Below, piece by piece: positions 9,008 to 18,429 of a DNA stretch of 59,227 bases. The position numbers and the translations under genes are program-made. Location of the stretch: contig CAYZDV010000002.1 in the NCBI GenBank assembly GCA_964477275.1, forward strand, positions 1-59,227, in the 5' to 3' direction. The DNA is from an uncultured Eubacteriales bacterium (GTDB lineage: Bacteria; Acidobacteriota; Aminicenantia; Aminicenantales; Aminicenantaceae). Numbering within the stretch: the stretch's first letter is position 1; each line of letters starts with the position of its first letter. The notes beneath the pieces were generated by a model. It searched no databases. It was not told the DNA's origin and was given only the letters and a program-made list of their open reading frames with translations.

Positions 9008-9882
9008 TCCAGAGCATGACCGGTTTCGCCGAGAAAAGGTTTGACTTCAGGACTCTCTCCGCCAAGTTCAGCATCCGCAGCCTCAACCACCGCTTTCTGG
9101 ATTGGAATTACAGGGGAGCCCAGGTCGGTCGGCTGGAAAACCGGCTGCGGGCCATCCTCCAGAAAAAAGTCCACAGGGGAAGGATCGAGGTTTTCCTTGA
9201 GCTGGATTATCCGGATGCGCGGCGCTGGGAGCTGTGCATCAACCAGGACGTGCTGGCCAAGATTGTTCGCGCCCTGCAGAGGCTCTCCTCGCAGATGAAG
9301 ACGGGCTTCAGCCTGACAGCGGAAAGCCTGTTCAGCATCCCTCATCTCGTTGAGCTGAGGAGGAAAGAGTTAAACGCCGGGGAGACGGCATTCCTGGAAA
9401 AAAGCTTTGAGAAAACCCTGGATGAAATGATCAGGATGAGAAAGAGGGAAGGAACCGGGGTCGAGAAAGAGCTGCGTAAATCTCTGGGCAGGATAAAGAG
9501 GGTGATGAAGAGGCTGGAGAAGATCGCCATCAGACAGCCCCAGCTTGTCCGGGAGAAATTGATAAACCGATTGAAGGACTTCAGCCAGGAGATTCCTCTT
9601 TCAGAGGAGAAGCTGGCCGAGGAAGCCGCCTTCTTCGCTCAAAGATCCGATATCACCGAAGAGATGGCCAGGCTGAAATCCCATCTGGATTATGCTCTGG
9701 AGCTTCTTTCGCCGGAGAAAGAGGAGCCGGTGGGCAGGAAGCTGGATTTTGTCGCCCAGGAAATGTTCAGGGAGGCGAATACCGTCAATTCCAAGGCTCA
9801 AAATATTGAGCTCATCAAGGACATCCTGACTGTCAAAGCCGAGGTGGAGAGCATTCGCCAGCAGGTGCAGAACATTGAGTAG
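9004..9882 (+). CDS. yicC: YicC-family stress-induced protein
   Basis: 292 aa with the typical N-terminus MIQSMTGFA, a C-terminal block REANTVNSKAQ and an end ...ESIRQQVQNIE. The GTG start overlaps the msbA-like stop. The yicC-gmk synteny is classic. Confidence 0.85.
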   Translation: MIQSMTGFAEKRFDFRTLSAKFSIRSLNHRFLDWNYRGAQVGRLENRLRAILQKKVHRGRIEVFLELDYPDARRWELCINQDVLAKIVRALQRLSSQMKTGFSLTAESLFSIPHLVELRRKELNAGETAFLEKSFEKTLDEMIRMRKREGTGVEKELRKSLGRIKRVMKRLEKIAIRQPQLVREKLINRLKDFSQEIPLSEEKLAEEAAFFAQRSDITEEMARLKSHLDYALELLSPEKEEPVGRKLDFVAQEMFREANTVNSKAQNIELIKDILTVKAEVESIRQQVQNIE

Positions 9883-9917
9883 CGAAGGACTATAATACGC
9901 CGGACTGGAGGCCATGC

Positions 9918-10520
9918 ATGCTATTCGTTATCACCGGACCGTCAGGCAGCGGAAAGACGACTCTCGTCCAGCGGGTGTTGAAAAAAGTAGAAAACCTCCA
10001 CTTCTCCGTATCCCACACCACGCGGAAGAAGCGGAATTCGGAGAAGGAAGGCAGGGATTACCACTTTGTTTCCGAGCCTGAGTTCAAGCAGATGATCAGG
10101 GAAGAGAAGCTGGTGGAATGGACGCGCTTCCACGGGAACTACTACGGTACCTCCCGGAAAGAGGTTGAGCAGAAAGGAGGCAGGGGCGACCTTCTGCTGG
10201 ACATCGATGTCCGCGGCGCTCAGCAGATCAAATCCAGGATCAAGAAGGCGGTCTTCATCTTCATTCTCCCTCCCCTCTTTGAGGAGCTGAAGAGAAGGCT
10301 CAAGCTGAGGGAGGAAAGTCCGGAGATGATCGCCGAGAGGCTGGAGCTGGCCAGAAAGGACATCCGGGCCTATCCCCAGTTTGATTACATCATCATCAAC
10401 GATGACCTGGACAGGGCTGTCCGCGACCTGGAGGCCATCATCCGCAGCGCAGGGTGCAGGCTGGAGGCCCGAAAGAAGGAGATCATTCCCATCCTCCAGA
10501 GTTTTTCCCGGGAGAAATGA
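9918..10520 (+). CDS. gmk: Guanylate kinase
   Basis: 200 aa with P-loop GPSGSGKTT and the motifs SHTTRKKR and NYYGT. Confidence 0.93.
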   Translation: MLFVITGPSGSGKTTLVQRVLKKVENLHFSVSHTTRKKRNSEKEGRDYHFVSEPEFKQMIREEKLVEWTRFHGNYYGTSRKEVEQKGGRGDLLLDIDVRGAQQIKSRIKKAVFIFILPPLFEELKRRLKLREESPEMIAERLELARKDIRAYPQFDYIIINDDLDRAVRDLEAIIRSAGCRLEARKKEIIPILQSFSREK

Positions 10521-10523
10521 GAG

Positions 10524-11738
10524 GTGAAAATGGCGTTGATTGCACTGGGCGTCAGTTCGTCGGTGAGCATCTACAAGGCCTGCGAGGTCGTCAGGGAGCT
10601 TCAGGAGAGGAAATGGGAAGTCCAGGTCATCATGACCAGGAACGCCACCCGGCTCGTTTCTCCTCTCCTCTTCAGCGCCCTCTGCGGCCGGAAGGCCATC
10701 GTCGACCCTTTTGAAGAGGAATATTCGGAGAAAATCGCCCACGTGGCGCTGGCTGAAGAGGCCTCCCTGCTTTTGGTGGCTCCGGCCACGGCCAACGTCA
10801 TCGGGAAATTTGCGGCGGGTGTCGCCGATGACTTTCTTTCCACCTTTTTTCTGGCCGTGGAGAGTCCGGTGCTCATCGCACCGGCCATGAACCAGGCTAT
10901 GTACCTCCATCATCAGACCCAGCAGAACATCCGCAAGCTGAAGAGCCTCGGCGTCCGGTTCGTCGAGCCGGAAAAAGGATACCTGGCCTGCGGAGATACC
11001 GGCTGGGGAAGGCTGGCTTCGCCGGCGAGGATTGTCGAGGAGGCGGTCCGGCTGATCAAGAAGAGCCAGAGCCTGAAAGGGAAGACGCTTCTCATTACGG
11101 CTGGCCCGACCCGCGAACACTTGGACCCGGTCCGTTTCCTGACCAACCGCTCCTCCGGAAAGATGGGCTACTGCCTTGCCGAGGAAGCGCTCCGGCGCGG
11201 GGCAGAGGTTGTGCTCGTCTCAGGCCCGACCCAGCTCTTCCCGCCTCAAAAGGCCGTTTTCAGGCCGGTGGAGACCGCAGCCGAGATGAAGGATGAAGTC
11301 CTGAAACACTTCCCCGGAGCCGATATCGTCATCATGGCTGCCGCTGTTTCGGATTTCCGCTTTGCCGATATTTCGGCCCGGAAAATAAGCAAAGAAAGCC
11401 TCGGAAAGACAGTGGCCGTCGCGGCCACAGAGGATATTCTCCACACGTTAGGCCAGAGAAAAAGGTCAAAGTTTCTCGTCGGCTTTGCCGCCGAGACCGA
11501 GGACATTGTCCCCAGGGCTCTTCAGAAATTGAAGAAGAAAAACCTCGACCTCATCGTCGCCAACAACGTTCTGGACAGAGAAATCGGGTTTGAGTCGGAT
11601 TCAAACCGGGTTCATCTGGTCTTCCCGGACGGGAAAGCCATCGAGACAGAGACGATGAGCAAAACCGAGATCAGCCAGGTCATCCTGGACAGGATAGAGG
11701 AAGCCGTTGGAAAGAAGCCGGGAAAAACTTCTCCATAA
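10524..11738 (+). CDS. coaBC: Bifunctional phosphopantothenoylcysteine decarboxylase / phosphopantothenate-cysteine ligase
   Basis: 404 aa with an N-terminal flavoprotein domain (VAPATANVIGKFAAGVADD) and a C-terminal CoaB domain (ITAGPTREHLDPVRFLTNRSSGKMG). ATG 10530 is the more likely start. Confidence 0.9.
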   Translation: MKMALIALGVSSSVSIYKACEVVRELQERKWEVQVIMTRNATRLVSPLLFSALCGRKAIVDPFEEEYSEKIAHVALAEEASLLLVAPATANVIGKFAAGVADDFLSTFFLAVESPVLIAPAMNQAMYLHHQTQQNIRKLKSLGVRFVEPEKGYLACGDTGWGRLASPARIVEEAVRLIKKSQSLKGKTLLITAGPTREHLDPVRFLTNRSSGKMGYCLAEEALRRGAEVVLVSGPTQLFPPQKAVFRPVETAAEMKDEVLKHFPGADIVIMAAAVSDFRFADISARKISKESLGKTVAVAATEDILHTLGQRKRSKFLVGFAAETEDIVPRALQKLKKKNLDLIVANNVLDREIGFESDSNRVHLVFPDGKAIETETMSKTEISQVILDRIEEAVGKKPGKTSP

Positions 11739-12369
11739 CCTCGAAGAGAGGCTGAGATTTTTTTCAGAACTCGGGGTGGAGTTTGTTTCCTCCCCCTCTG
11801 CCTCCAGAGAAGAGGTTTTTCATTCCCTGAAAGAGGAGATCCTTCGCTGCCGCAAATGCGGCCTTTCTCAGGGCAGAAAACAGGCTGTGCCCGGCGAGGG
11901 GAATCCTGAAGCGGAGCTGATGTTCGTCGGTGAAGCGCCGGGCCGCGATGAGGACCTTCAGGGACGTCCCTTTGTGGGAAAGGCCGGTCAGCTCCTGACG
12001 AGAATCATCAATGCCATGGGTTTCGAGAGGAAAGAGGTCTACATCACCAACGTGGTCAAATGCCGTCCGCCCGAAAACAGGACTCCTCAGGCCGGAGAGG
12101 TCGAGAAATGCCAGGGTTATCTCCTGAGGCAAGTGGAATTCATCAGGCCCCGGGTCGTGGTCACCCTGGGAAAAGTGGCCACCGACTTTTTTATCCGCAG
12201 CCATCTGGGGATGACCGCTCTCAGAGGAAACTTTCATCCCTGCGGGCCGGTCCAGGTCATGCCCACTTTTCATCCTTCCTATCTCATCCGCAATGAAGGG
12301 AACCGGGAGCTGAAAAGGATGGTCTGGGAAGACATGAAAAAGGTCATGGCCCTCCTGGGCAAGAAATGA
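11707..12369 (+). CDS. Family-4 uracil-DNA glycosylase (Fe-S type)
   Basis: It has motif A GEAPGRDED, motif B HPSYLIRN, and Cys residues at CRKC, KCRPP and EKC. No ATG precedes the catalytic core. A TTG at 11707 overlapping coaBC by 32 nt is the only candidate start, so the start is uncertain. Confidence 0.8.
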   Translation: MERSREKLLHNLEERLRFFSELGVEFVSSPSASREEVFHSLKEEILRCRKCGLSQGRKQAVPGEGNPEAELMFVGEAPGRDEDLQGRPFVGKAGQLLTRIINAMGFERKEVYITNVVKCRPPENRTPQAGEVEKCQGYLLRQVEFIRPRVVVTLGKVATDFFIRSHLGMTALRGNFHPCGPVQVMPTFHPSYLIRNEGNRELKRMVWEDMKKVMALLGKK

Positions 12370-14513
12370 CTTTGTGCGCCGAAGTCGTCCTTTCCCTGCC
12401 CGTCAACAAGGCCTTTGCTTATATCGTTCCTGAATCCTGCCGGGAAAGGGCCAGGGTCGGCTCCAGAGTCCTTGTCCCCTTCGGAAAGCGGACGTTAACC
12501 GGGTTTATTATCGGCATCAAAAAGAGACGGTTCTTTCCAGGGCTTGACCTCAAGCAGGTCATCGAGGTCCTGGATGAAGAGCCGGTTTTTTCCCGCCGCT
12601 TCCTCTCTTTCACCCGCAGCCTCAGCGATGAGTTCTTTTCCTCATGGGGAGAGCTCCTCCAGTCCTCACTCCCGCCGACCTACATCCTGAAGAGTCAGAT
12701 AACAGTCAGGCTTGCCGAGGGAGGCCGGGCCGCGCTCGAGGAGGAGCATCCTACCGGAAAAGAAAAAGAGCTTCTGCAATGGCTCGGGCGCAGGCCCTAC
12801 GCCCTATCCTTTCTCAGGAAAAAACTGAAGGTCAAAAGCTTTCACTCCTTCCTCGCCCGGCTTGAGAAAAAAGGCTGGGTACAAACGCAAAGGGAAGTCA
12901 GAACGGCCAGGAGGAGAAAAACATCTCAAACAGCGACTCGAGTGCCCACCCAGCTGGAGATGGATTTTTCCCTGGACAGCTCCTCACGCCGGGCCGCGGA
13001 AAAGATGACGTCCGCAGCCGGGAGAGAGCGTTTTTCTCCTTTTTTCCTTTTCGGGCCTCCGGCGAAGAGGGAATCCGTCTATTTTGAGCTGATCCGGAAA
13101 ACGCTCGAGGCCAAGAGGAGAATCCTCTTCCTGGTGCCCGAGATTACCCTGACAGAGGACCTCGTCGCCGAGTTCGAAAAACGGCTCGGCGGGAGGGCTG
13201 CGCTTCTTCACAGCCGCCTTCCGGAGCGGAAAAGGGAGCGGGAATGGATAAAGATCAGAGAGAAAAAGGCGGAAGTGGTGGTCGGCCCCCGCTCGGCACT
13301 CCTCTCTCCCCTCGAGAACCTGGGGCTGGTCATCGTCGATGAGGAGCAGGACGGGTCGTATTTCCAGGCGGAAAGCCCCAGCTATGATGCGCGGCGCGGA
13401 GCCTGGCTGAGGGCGAAGAAAGAGCATTGCCTCCTGGTTTACGGTTCAGAATTTCCCTCAGTCAGCTCATTCTTCAGGGCAAAAAAAGGAGGGCGCCTGG
13501 TCAGCTTGGAGAGTGAGCAGAAAAAGAAAAAGGTCGAAATCCTCGACGACCGGAGAGCGAGGGGGATTCTTTCCGGAAGGCTTAAAGACAAGATCGCAGA
13601 ACGGCTGAAAAAGAAAGAGCCGCTTGTTGTCTTTTTGAACCGGAAGGGATACGCCTCTTCTCTCTTCTGCTCCCGGTGCCGCTTCATCCCCCGTTGTGTG
13701 CGGTGCGACATCGCCCTCGCCTATCATCGGAAAAAAGAGGAGCTGGTCTGTCATTACTGCCATTACTCCCTCCCCCGAATGGCCAGCTGCCCGGACTGCG
13801 GCAGCCGTCTGATAAAGGAAAGAGGAGTCGGGGTGGAGGCCGTCGAAGAAGAGCTGAGGAAAGTTTTCCCTCAGGCCAGGGTCTCCTGCCTGACCGCTGA
13901 TTCGCGCCGGAATGAGCAGGAGAAGGTTGTCGGCCGCTTTGAGAAAGGCCAGGTGGATGTCCTGGTCGGAACCCAGCTCCTGGCTCATCAGGCCGGCCTG
14001 CCTGAAGTGTCGCTGGTCGCGGTCCTCTTTCCAGAAACGATTCTCACTCTCTCTGATTACAGGGCCAGCGAACGGACCTATCAGACCATAAGCCAGATGA
14101 TGAGGTTCATCGGGAGCGGGCCGGAAGCGGAAATGGTCATCCAGACCGGCCTGCCCGACCATTTCAGCATCCGGCTGGCGGCCGCGGCCGATTATCCGGC
14201 CTTTTTTGCCCGGGAGCTCGAGTTCCGCCGCCTGATGAATTATCCGCCCTTTTCCGCCATGGCGGAGATTCTCTTCCAGGGCGAAAATTTAAGGAGAGTG
14301 GCCAGCCAGTCGAGGGAGTTTCTGGGCCGGTTGAGAGAGTGCTGCGGGGAGATCGAGACACTGGGCGCGTCTCTCGCTCCGGTGGCCCGGCTGAGAGGGA
14401 TGAGCAGGATTCAGGTCATCCTCAGAGCGCGGAGCAGGAGAGAACTGGAAAAAGCCCTCAAAAAATTGTGGCCTGCGGTCAGGACGAGAAAGTCGGTGCG
14501 CTTTTACGATTGA
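12366..14513 (+). CDS. priA: Primosomal protein N' (PriA) homologue with degenerate helicase motifs
   Basis: 715 aa with PriA layout. This includes the Cys-rich Zn region (CSRCRFIPRCVRCDIALAYH...CHYCHY...CPDCGS). Walker A reads GPPAKRES, motif II reads DEEQ, and motif VI reads QMMRFIGS. Confidence 0.8.
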   Translation: MTLCAEVVLSLPVNKAFAYIVPESCRERARVGSRVLVPFGKRTLTGFIIGIKKRRFFPGLDLKQVIEVLDEEPVFSRRFLSFTRSLSDEFFSSWGELLQSSLPPTYILKSQITVRLAEGGRAALEEEHPTGKEKELLQWLGRRPYALSFLRKKLKVKSFHSFLARLEKKGWVQTQREVRTARRRKTSQTATRVPTQLEMDFSLDSSSRRAAEKMTSAAGRERFSPFFLFGPPAKRESVYFELIRKTLEAKRRILFLVPEITLTEDLVAEFEKRLGGRAALLHSRLPERKREREWIKIREKKAEVVVGPRSALLSPLENLGLVIVDEEQDGSYFQAESPSYDARRGAWLRAKKEHCLLVYGSEFPSVSSFFRAKKGGRLVSLESEQKKKKVEILDDRRARGILSGRLKDKIAERLKKKEPLVVFLNRKGYASSLFCSRCRFIPRCVRCDIALAYHRKKEELVCHYCHYSLPRMASCPDCGSRLIKERGVGVEAVEEELRKVFPQARVSCLTADSRRNEQEKVVGRFEKGQVDVLVGTQLLAHQAGLPEVSLVAVLFPETILTLSDYRASERTYQTISQMMRFIGSGPEAEMVIQTGLPDHFSIRLAAAADYPAFFARELEFRRLMNYPPFSAMAEILFQGENLRRVASQSREFLGRLRECCGEIETLGASLAPVARLRGMSRIQVILRARSRRELEKALKKLWPAVRTRKSVRFYD

Positions 14514-14537
14514 GGCAGAAGCTCTGGGTTTACCTTC

Positions 14538-15122
14538 TCAGTCGTTGACCCAGTCTGCAAAGTGGATGGTGATGGTGCCTGAGGCCTGGACAGGGTGGCC
14601 GGCCATGTCCTCCCCGTAAAAAGTGACAGTGGCTTGCATATTGATGCTGTTTTCCGTGCCTTTTAAAGCTGCAAGGGGTGGGGCATTCTTCGCTGTGGAC
14701 ATGACCAGAATGAACTGGACATCCACCGACTGGTTGATTCCGATCACGGTGTGCATGTAGCCGGTGAAGGGAGCCGGCGGCACAACTTCAGGTGGATCGA
14801 CACTGAAATAAATGACTTCATAGCGGTTGACGATGATTCTGTTCATGTAGGATGAGCCGGGTCCCAGGGACTCGGGTTCCTTGAGCCTCGCCTCCAGGGT
14901 GGCTGTGCCCACATCGTCATAGACGTTTCCGGTGGCATCGTCCTGGACGTCCGACTCCATAAAGTCCGCTTTTCTGCCGTCCGCAGTCTGTCCGGTAATC
15001 TTCAGGATGGTGAGGATGCTGTTGGATTTCTGACTGTCGCTGAGGATGTTGTCGCAGGATACGAGAAAGATAAGGCAGGGAAGGATGGCCAGTATTTTCA
15101 AAGCGGTTTTCATTCTTTTCAT
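14538..15122 (-). CDS. Lipoprotein of unknown function, last gene of the pil operon
   Basis: 194 aa with a signal peptide and lipobox LVSC. The mature part is beta-rich and I recognise no family. Its start lies 9 nt after the pilQ stop. Confidence 0.7.
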   Translation of the reverse strand: MKRMKTALKILAILPCLIFLVSCDNILSDSQKSNSILTILKITGQTADGRKADFMESDVQDDATGNVYDDVGTATLEARLKEPESLGPGSSYMNRIIVNRYEVIYFSVDPPEVVPPAPFTGYMHTVIGINQSVDVQFILVMSTAKNAPPLAALKGTENSINMQATVTFYGEDMAGHPVQASGTITIHFADWVND

Positions 15123-15131
15123 TTTCGCACC

Positions 15132-17363
15132 CTATGATTGGATTATTCGGGGAGTGATGAAGATGAGCAGCTCCCTGTTCTGCCGCGTTCGGGCGAAATT
15201 CTTGAACAGGCTTCCCAGAATGGGGATTTGATGGAGAAGGGGGACTCTTTCGCGTGTGATGGAATCCTCTGTCCTGTAGATTCCTCCGATGACCGCTGTT
15301 CCTCCATCGGGAACCATGACCGTGGTATCCGCGCTCTGGGTGGTGATGGGCGGGATGCCGTTGACCAGGTTGGCGAAGTCGGCGGCGTTGTTCCGGATTT
15401 CAATGTTCATGATGATTGTCCCCTCGGCCGTGATCTGAGGGGTGACCCTGAGCTCGAGGGCCGCGTTCACGAACCGGGTGGAGGTCGTGAAGTTGGCCAC
15501 CGTCTGGACCGGAATCTGCCGGCCCTGGACGATCTCGGCCTGTTTGTTGTTCTGAGTGGTGATCGAGGGGCAGGAGATGATGCGGCCCTGGCCGGAAGTC
15601 TCCAGAGCGGAAATGGCCATATCGATCCGGATCGTATCCATGACGTTTCCGAAGGAAAGGCCGAGGGCGGTGTTGAAGGCCGGGGCAGGAAGGTTGATGG
15701 CATAACCGCCCAGCGGCCCGCCGATTCCTTTGGTCACGATTCCCTGAGGAATCAGCGCGCCGTCCGCCAAGATCTTGTTCGGGAACTGGAGCGAAGTCTG
15801 GTTGCCGTAGAAGGGGTCCATGATGCCCCGGAATCCCCATTGAATACCCAGGTTGCGCACAAAGTTGGAGGTGGCTTCCACTATCCGGGCTTCGATGGAG
15901 ACCTGGGGCGTCGGCGTGTCGAAGACCGCGATCAGCTGCTCGATGAGATTGATTCTGTCTTTCACATCGGAGATGATGAGGGTGTTGGTCCGCTCGTCGG
16001 TGATCATTTCTCCCCTGGTCGAGAGTTTGTCAACGAGAAGCCGCTGGACATCGGCCGCTCTGGAGTAGGAAAGCTCAAAGGTCCGGTGAATCTGGGGGCC
16101 GACAAGCTCCAGGCTTTCCCTCAGTTTCCGCTGCTCCTCTTCCTCCCGGGTCAGAGCTCCGATGGAAGCGATGCGGAGCACGTTGCCCTCGATGGTTCGG
16201 CCCATCCTGTTCTGTTTGAGGATGATGTCGAGAGCCTGGTCCCAGGGGACATATCTCAGGTCGCAGGTCACGGTTCCCCTGACATCGGGGTCAAAGACGA
16301 CATTCAGGTCGGCAAAATCGGCAAGATAAAGGATGACATCCCGGAGGTCTGCGTCCTTGAAGCGGAGGCTGATGATTTCTCCCGTGTATCTTTCCTCAAC
16401 CCTGGCGATGGTTCTCGGCTCGAACCTGACTTCCCGGGGGGCTTCCTCGACAGGGGGAAGCGGCCGCACGGGTTCGACGGGAACTGGCTCCACCACCGCA
16501 GGCGGTGCGATTTCGGGGACGACTTCCGGCACAGGAACAGCGATTTCCGGGACGGGCCGGACCACGGCTTCCTTGGTGAAGGAGACATCGACTTCGGCCG
16601 TGTCTCTCTGCAGGTTATAGAAGCGCGGCTCCTGAAGGTCAAAGACCAGTCGGGCGATGGTATAAGGGCTTGTCCTCTGAAATTGCCCTGTCCTCACCCT
16701 GTAGATGCCCAGCCTCTGGACGGGGTAGACATAGGTCGGGTCGGGGTAGAGAGTATCGAAGAAATCCACCACCAGACGGAGGGGGCTTTCGAGGGCGAAG
16801 ACCTGAGAGACGGCATCATCGCTCAATTTGGCCGTGACGCGAATTCTCTCTTCGCTCTCCGAGATGGCAACCCCGCGGAAGTAGATATTCTTCTTGGGAA
16901 TCTGCCTCAGTTTCGTTTCTGTCTCTGAGGTCATGATGTATCCGTCCAGGCTTCTCTGGATTCTGTTCAGCTCAATCACGGTCTGGCCCTGGGAATAGTA
17001 AAATCGGTAGGGGACTTTCTCCCTGAGGCTGATGAGGAGACGGCCGGTTGTGGCACCGGTTTTTTCAATCTTGATGTCCTGGACAAATAGCGTTTCCTGA
17101 AGGTCGACCTCTGCTTCGACCCCGGTGTTGAAGCGCTCGAGGAGGATGACCATGGTCGCCGGATGATCCAGCGAGTAGAATGTATCGGAAATGACGATGG
17201 GGCCGCTGCTGGTCAGGATGACGTAAGTGTTGAGTTCGCCGGATTGCACGGTGACCTTGGTGATGGTGATAAGGGGTTGGGCACCACCAGGATATGCGCA
17301 CAGGAGTGCAAGCGAAAAAACCAAAGGAACAATCAGGATAAATTTTTTCCTTTTCATCTTCAT
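15132..17363 (-). CDS. pilQ: Type IV pilus secretin PilQ with N-terminal AMIN-type domains
   Basis: 743 aa with a signal peptide, two AMIN-like repeats and a Pro-rich linker (PVPEIAVPVPEVVPEIAPPAVVEPVPVEPVRPLPP). The C-terminal secretin domain reads ...VPLLHQIPILGSLFKN...RELLIFITPRII. Confidence 0.9.
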   Translation of the reverse strand: MKMKRKKFILIVPLVFSLALLCAYPGGAQPLITITKVTVQSGELNTYVILTSSGPIVISDTFYSLDHPATMVILLERFNTGVEAEVDLQETLFVQDIKIEKTGATTGRLLISLREKVPYRFYYSQGQTVIELNRIQRSLDGYIMTSETETKLRQIPKKNIYFRGVAISESEERIRVTAKLSDDAVSQVFALESPLRLVVDFFDTLYPDPTYVYPVQRLGIYRVRTGQFQRTSPYTIARLVFDLQEPRFYNLQRDTAEVDVSFTKEAVVRPVPEIAVPVPEVVPEIAPPAVVEPVPVEPVRPLPPVEEAPREVRFEPRTIARVEERYTGEIISLRFKDADLRDVILYLADFADLNVVFDPDVRGTVTCDLRYVPWDQALDIILKQNRMGRTIEGNVLRIASIGALTREEEEQRKLRESLELVGPQIHRTFELSYSRAADVQRLLVDKLSTRGEMITDERTNTLIISDVKDRINLIEQLIAVFDTPTPQVSIEARIVEATSNFVRNLGIQWGFRGIMDPFYGNQTSLQFPNKILADGALIPQGIVTKGIGGPLGGYAINLPAPAFNTALGLSFGNVMDTIRIDMAISALETSGQGRIISCPSITTQNNKQAEIVQGRQIPVQTVANFTTSTRFVNAALELRVTPQITAEGTIIMNIEIRNNAADFANLVNGIPPITTQSADTTVMVPDGGTAVIGGIYRTEDSITRERVPLLHQIPILGSLFKNFARTRQNRELLIFITPRIIQS

Positions 17364-17842
17364 TTTATTCTTATCTCCTCTGCTTTTATTTCTTTGACGA
17401 TATCTTTTGGCTTATAGAGAGGAACGCCTCTTTCACTTGTCTTGCGGAGGACCACTTTTGAGTCATCAATGGAGAGGACGAACCCGTCGGAAAACTTGTG
17501 GCCGACTTTGACAAAGAGCGGAAATTCCTGGGGACCGGTGATGATCGCCGTGAATCTTCCTCTGGCCTGGACGATTCCGATCAGCTCAATGTTGTCGATG
17601 GAAAGCTGTGGTCCCTCTTTCGGTTCGCCTGTCATTTTCTTTTCCTGCTGAGCGAGCAGGTCTCTGAAGGGGTCCTTCCTTCCCGCCGGGCTGTAGGAGG
17701 GGGCGGTCTGGTCGGGCAATCTGGCGCTGATTTCCTCCTGAGGGGTCTGCTCCTCTTCCTGTTTTTCCTCCTGGGGAAGAAGGGGCTGGTGAAAGACAAA
17801 GAAAAGACCGATCAGGAATACAACTGACATTGTTTTTTTCAT
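17360..17842 (-). CDS. pilP: PilP-like pilus assembly protein
   Basis: 160 aa with an N-terminal hydrophobic anchor, an acidic/Pro linker and a C-terminal beta domain (IELIGIVQARGRFTAIITGPQ...VKVGHKFSDGFVLSIDDSKVVL). Its position between pilO and pilQ fits. There is a 4-nt overlap with pilQ. Confidence 0.7.
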   Translation of the reverse strand: MKKTMSVVFLIGLFFVFHQPLLPQEEKQEEEQTPQEEISARLPDQTAPSYSPAGRKDPFRDLLAQQEKKMTGEPKEGPQLSIDNIELIGIVQARGRFTAIITGPQEFPLFVKVGHKFSDGFVLSIDDSKVVLRKTSERGVPLYKPKDIVKEIKAEEIRIK

Positions 17843-17847
17843 ATTGG

Positions 17848-18429
17848 CTACCTTTTTCGAGGAGATGTCTTTTTCTTGGCTGCCTCATCTGGAGGTGATT
17901 CACGGAAGATATAGGTCTTGGCCGTGAACGATGCGTTGATGGTCGAAGCGTCGGTCTGTCTGGCGAGGGCTCTGATGGAGAAATCTTCGACGTTAAAGAG
18001 GCGCGAGAAGTTGCTCAGCCGGTCGAAGAAGATGGCCAGGTTGTGGTAGTTTCCTGTGATTTTCATCGGGATCGGCCATTCGAAATAAAATTCCTTGTTG
18101 ACTTCTCCTTGAGGAGTAAACTCGTCGATATTGAGACGGGAGTTTACGGCCAGCTCGTGCATTTTCCTCAGGATGTCCCAGATCTCTTTCCTCTGGGGGA
18201 TGATGGCTTCCAGGTGGCTCAGTGTTTGATTCAGCTCGACCAGCTCGGCCTCGATCTTGTCCAGCTCCTTCTTTTTTTGCTGCAGCAACCTCACCTCACT
18301 TTCAACTTTTTCCCTTTCCAGCTTCAGGTTGTTCAACTCTTCGTTTTTAGGCTTGAACCAGACAAAATAGAGAAGGGCGGCGATGATCGCCATTAAAACC
18401 AGGTGTCCATACCATGGCCAGTCTTTCAT
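17848..18429 (-). CDS. pilO: PilO pilus assembly protein
   Basis: 193 aa with a single N-terminal TM, a coiled coil, then a ferredoxin-like C-terminal domain. It sits between pilN and pilP. Confidence 0.75.
   Translation of the reverse strand: MKDWPWYGHLVLMAIIAALLYFVWFKPKNEELNNLKLEREKVESEVRLLQQKKKELDKIEAELVELNQTLSHLEAIIPQRKEIWDILRKMHELAVNSRLNIDEFTPQGEVNKEFYFEWPIPMKITGNYHNLAIFFDRLSNFSRLFNVEDFSIRALARQTDASTINASFTAKTYIFRESPPDEAAKKKTSPRKR

Noticed and set aside
15138-16928. 596-aa ORF on the plus strand opposite pilQ
   Set aside because: It is antisense to a well-supported secretin gene. The sequence is low-complexity and D/G/R-rich without motifs, so it is a shadow ORF.
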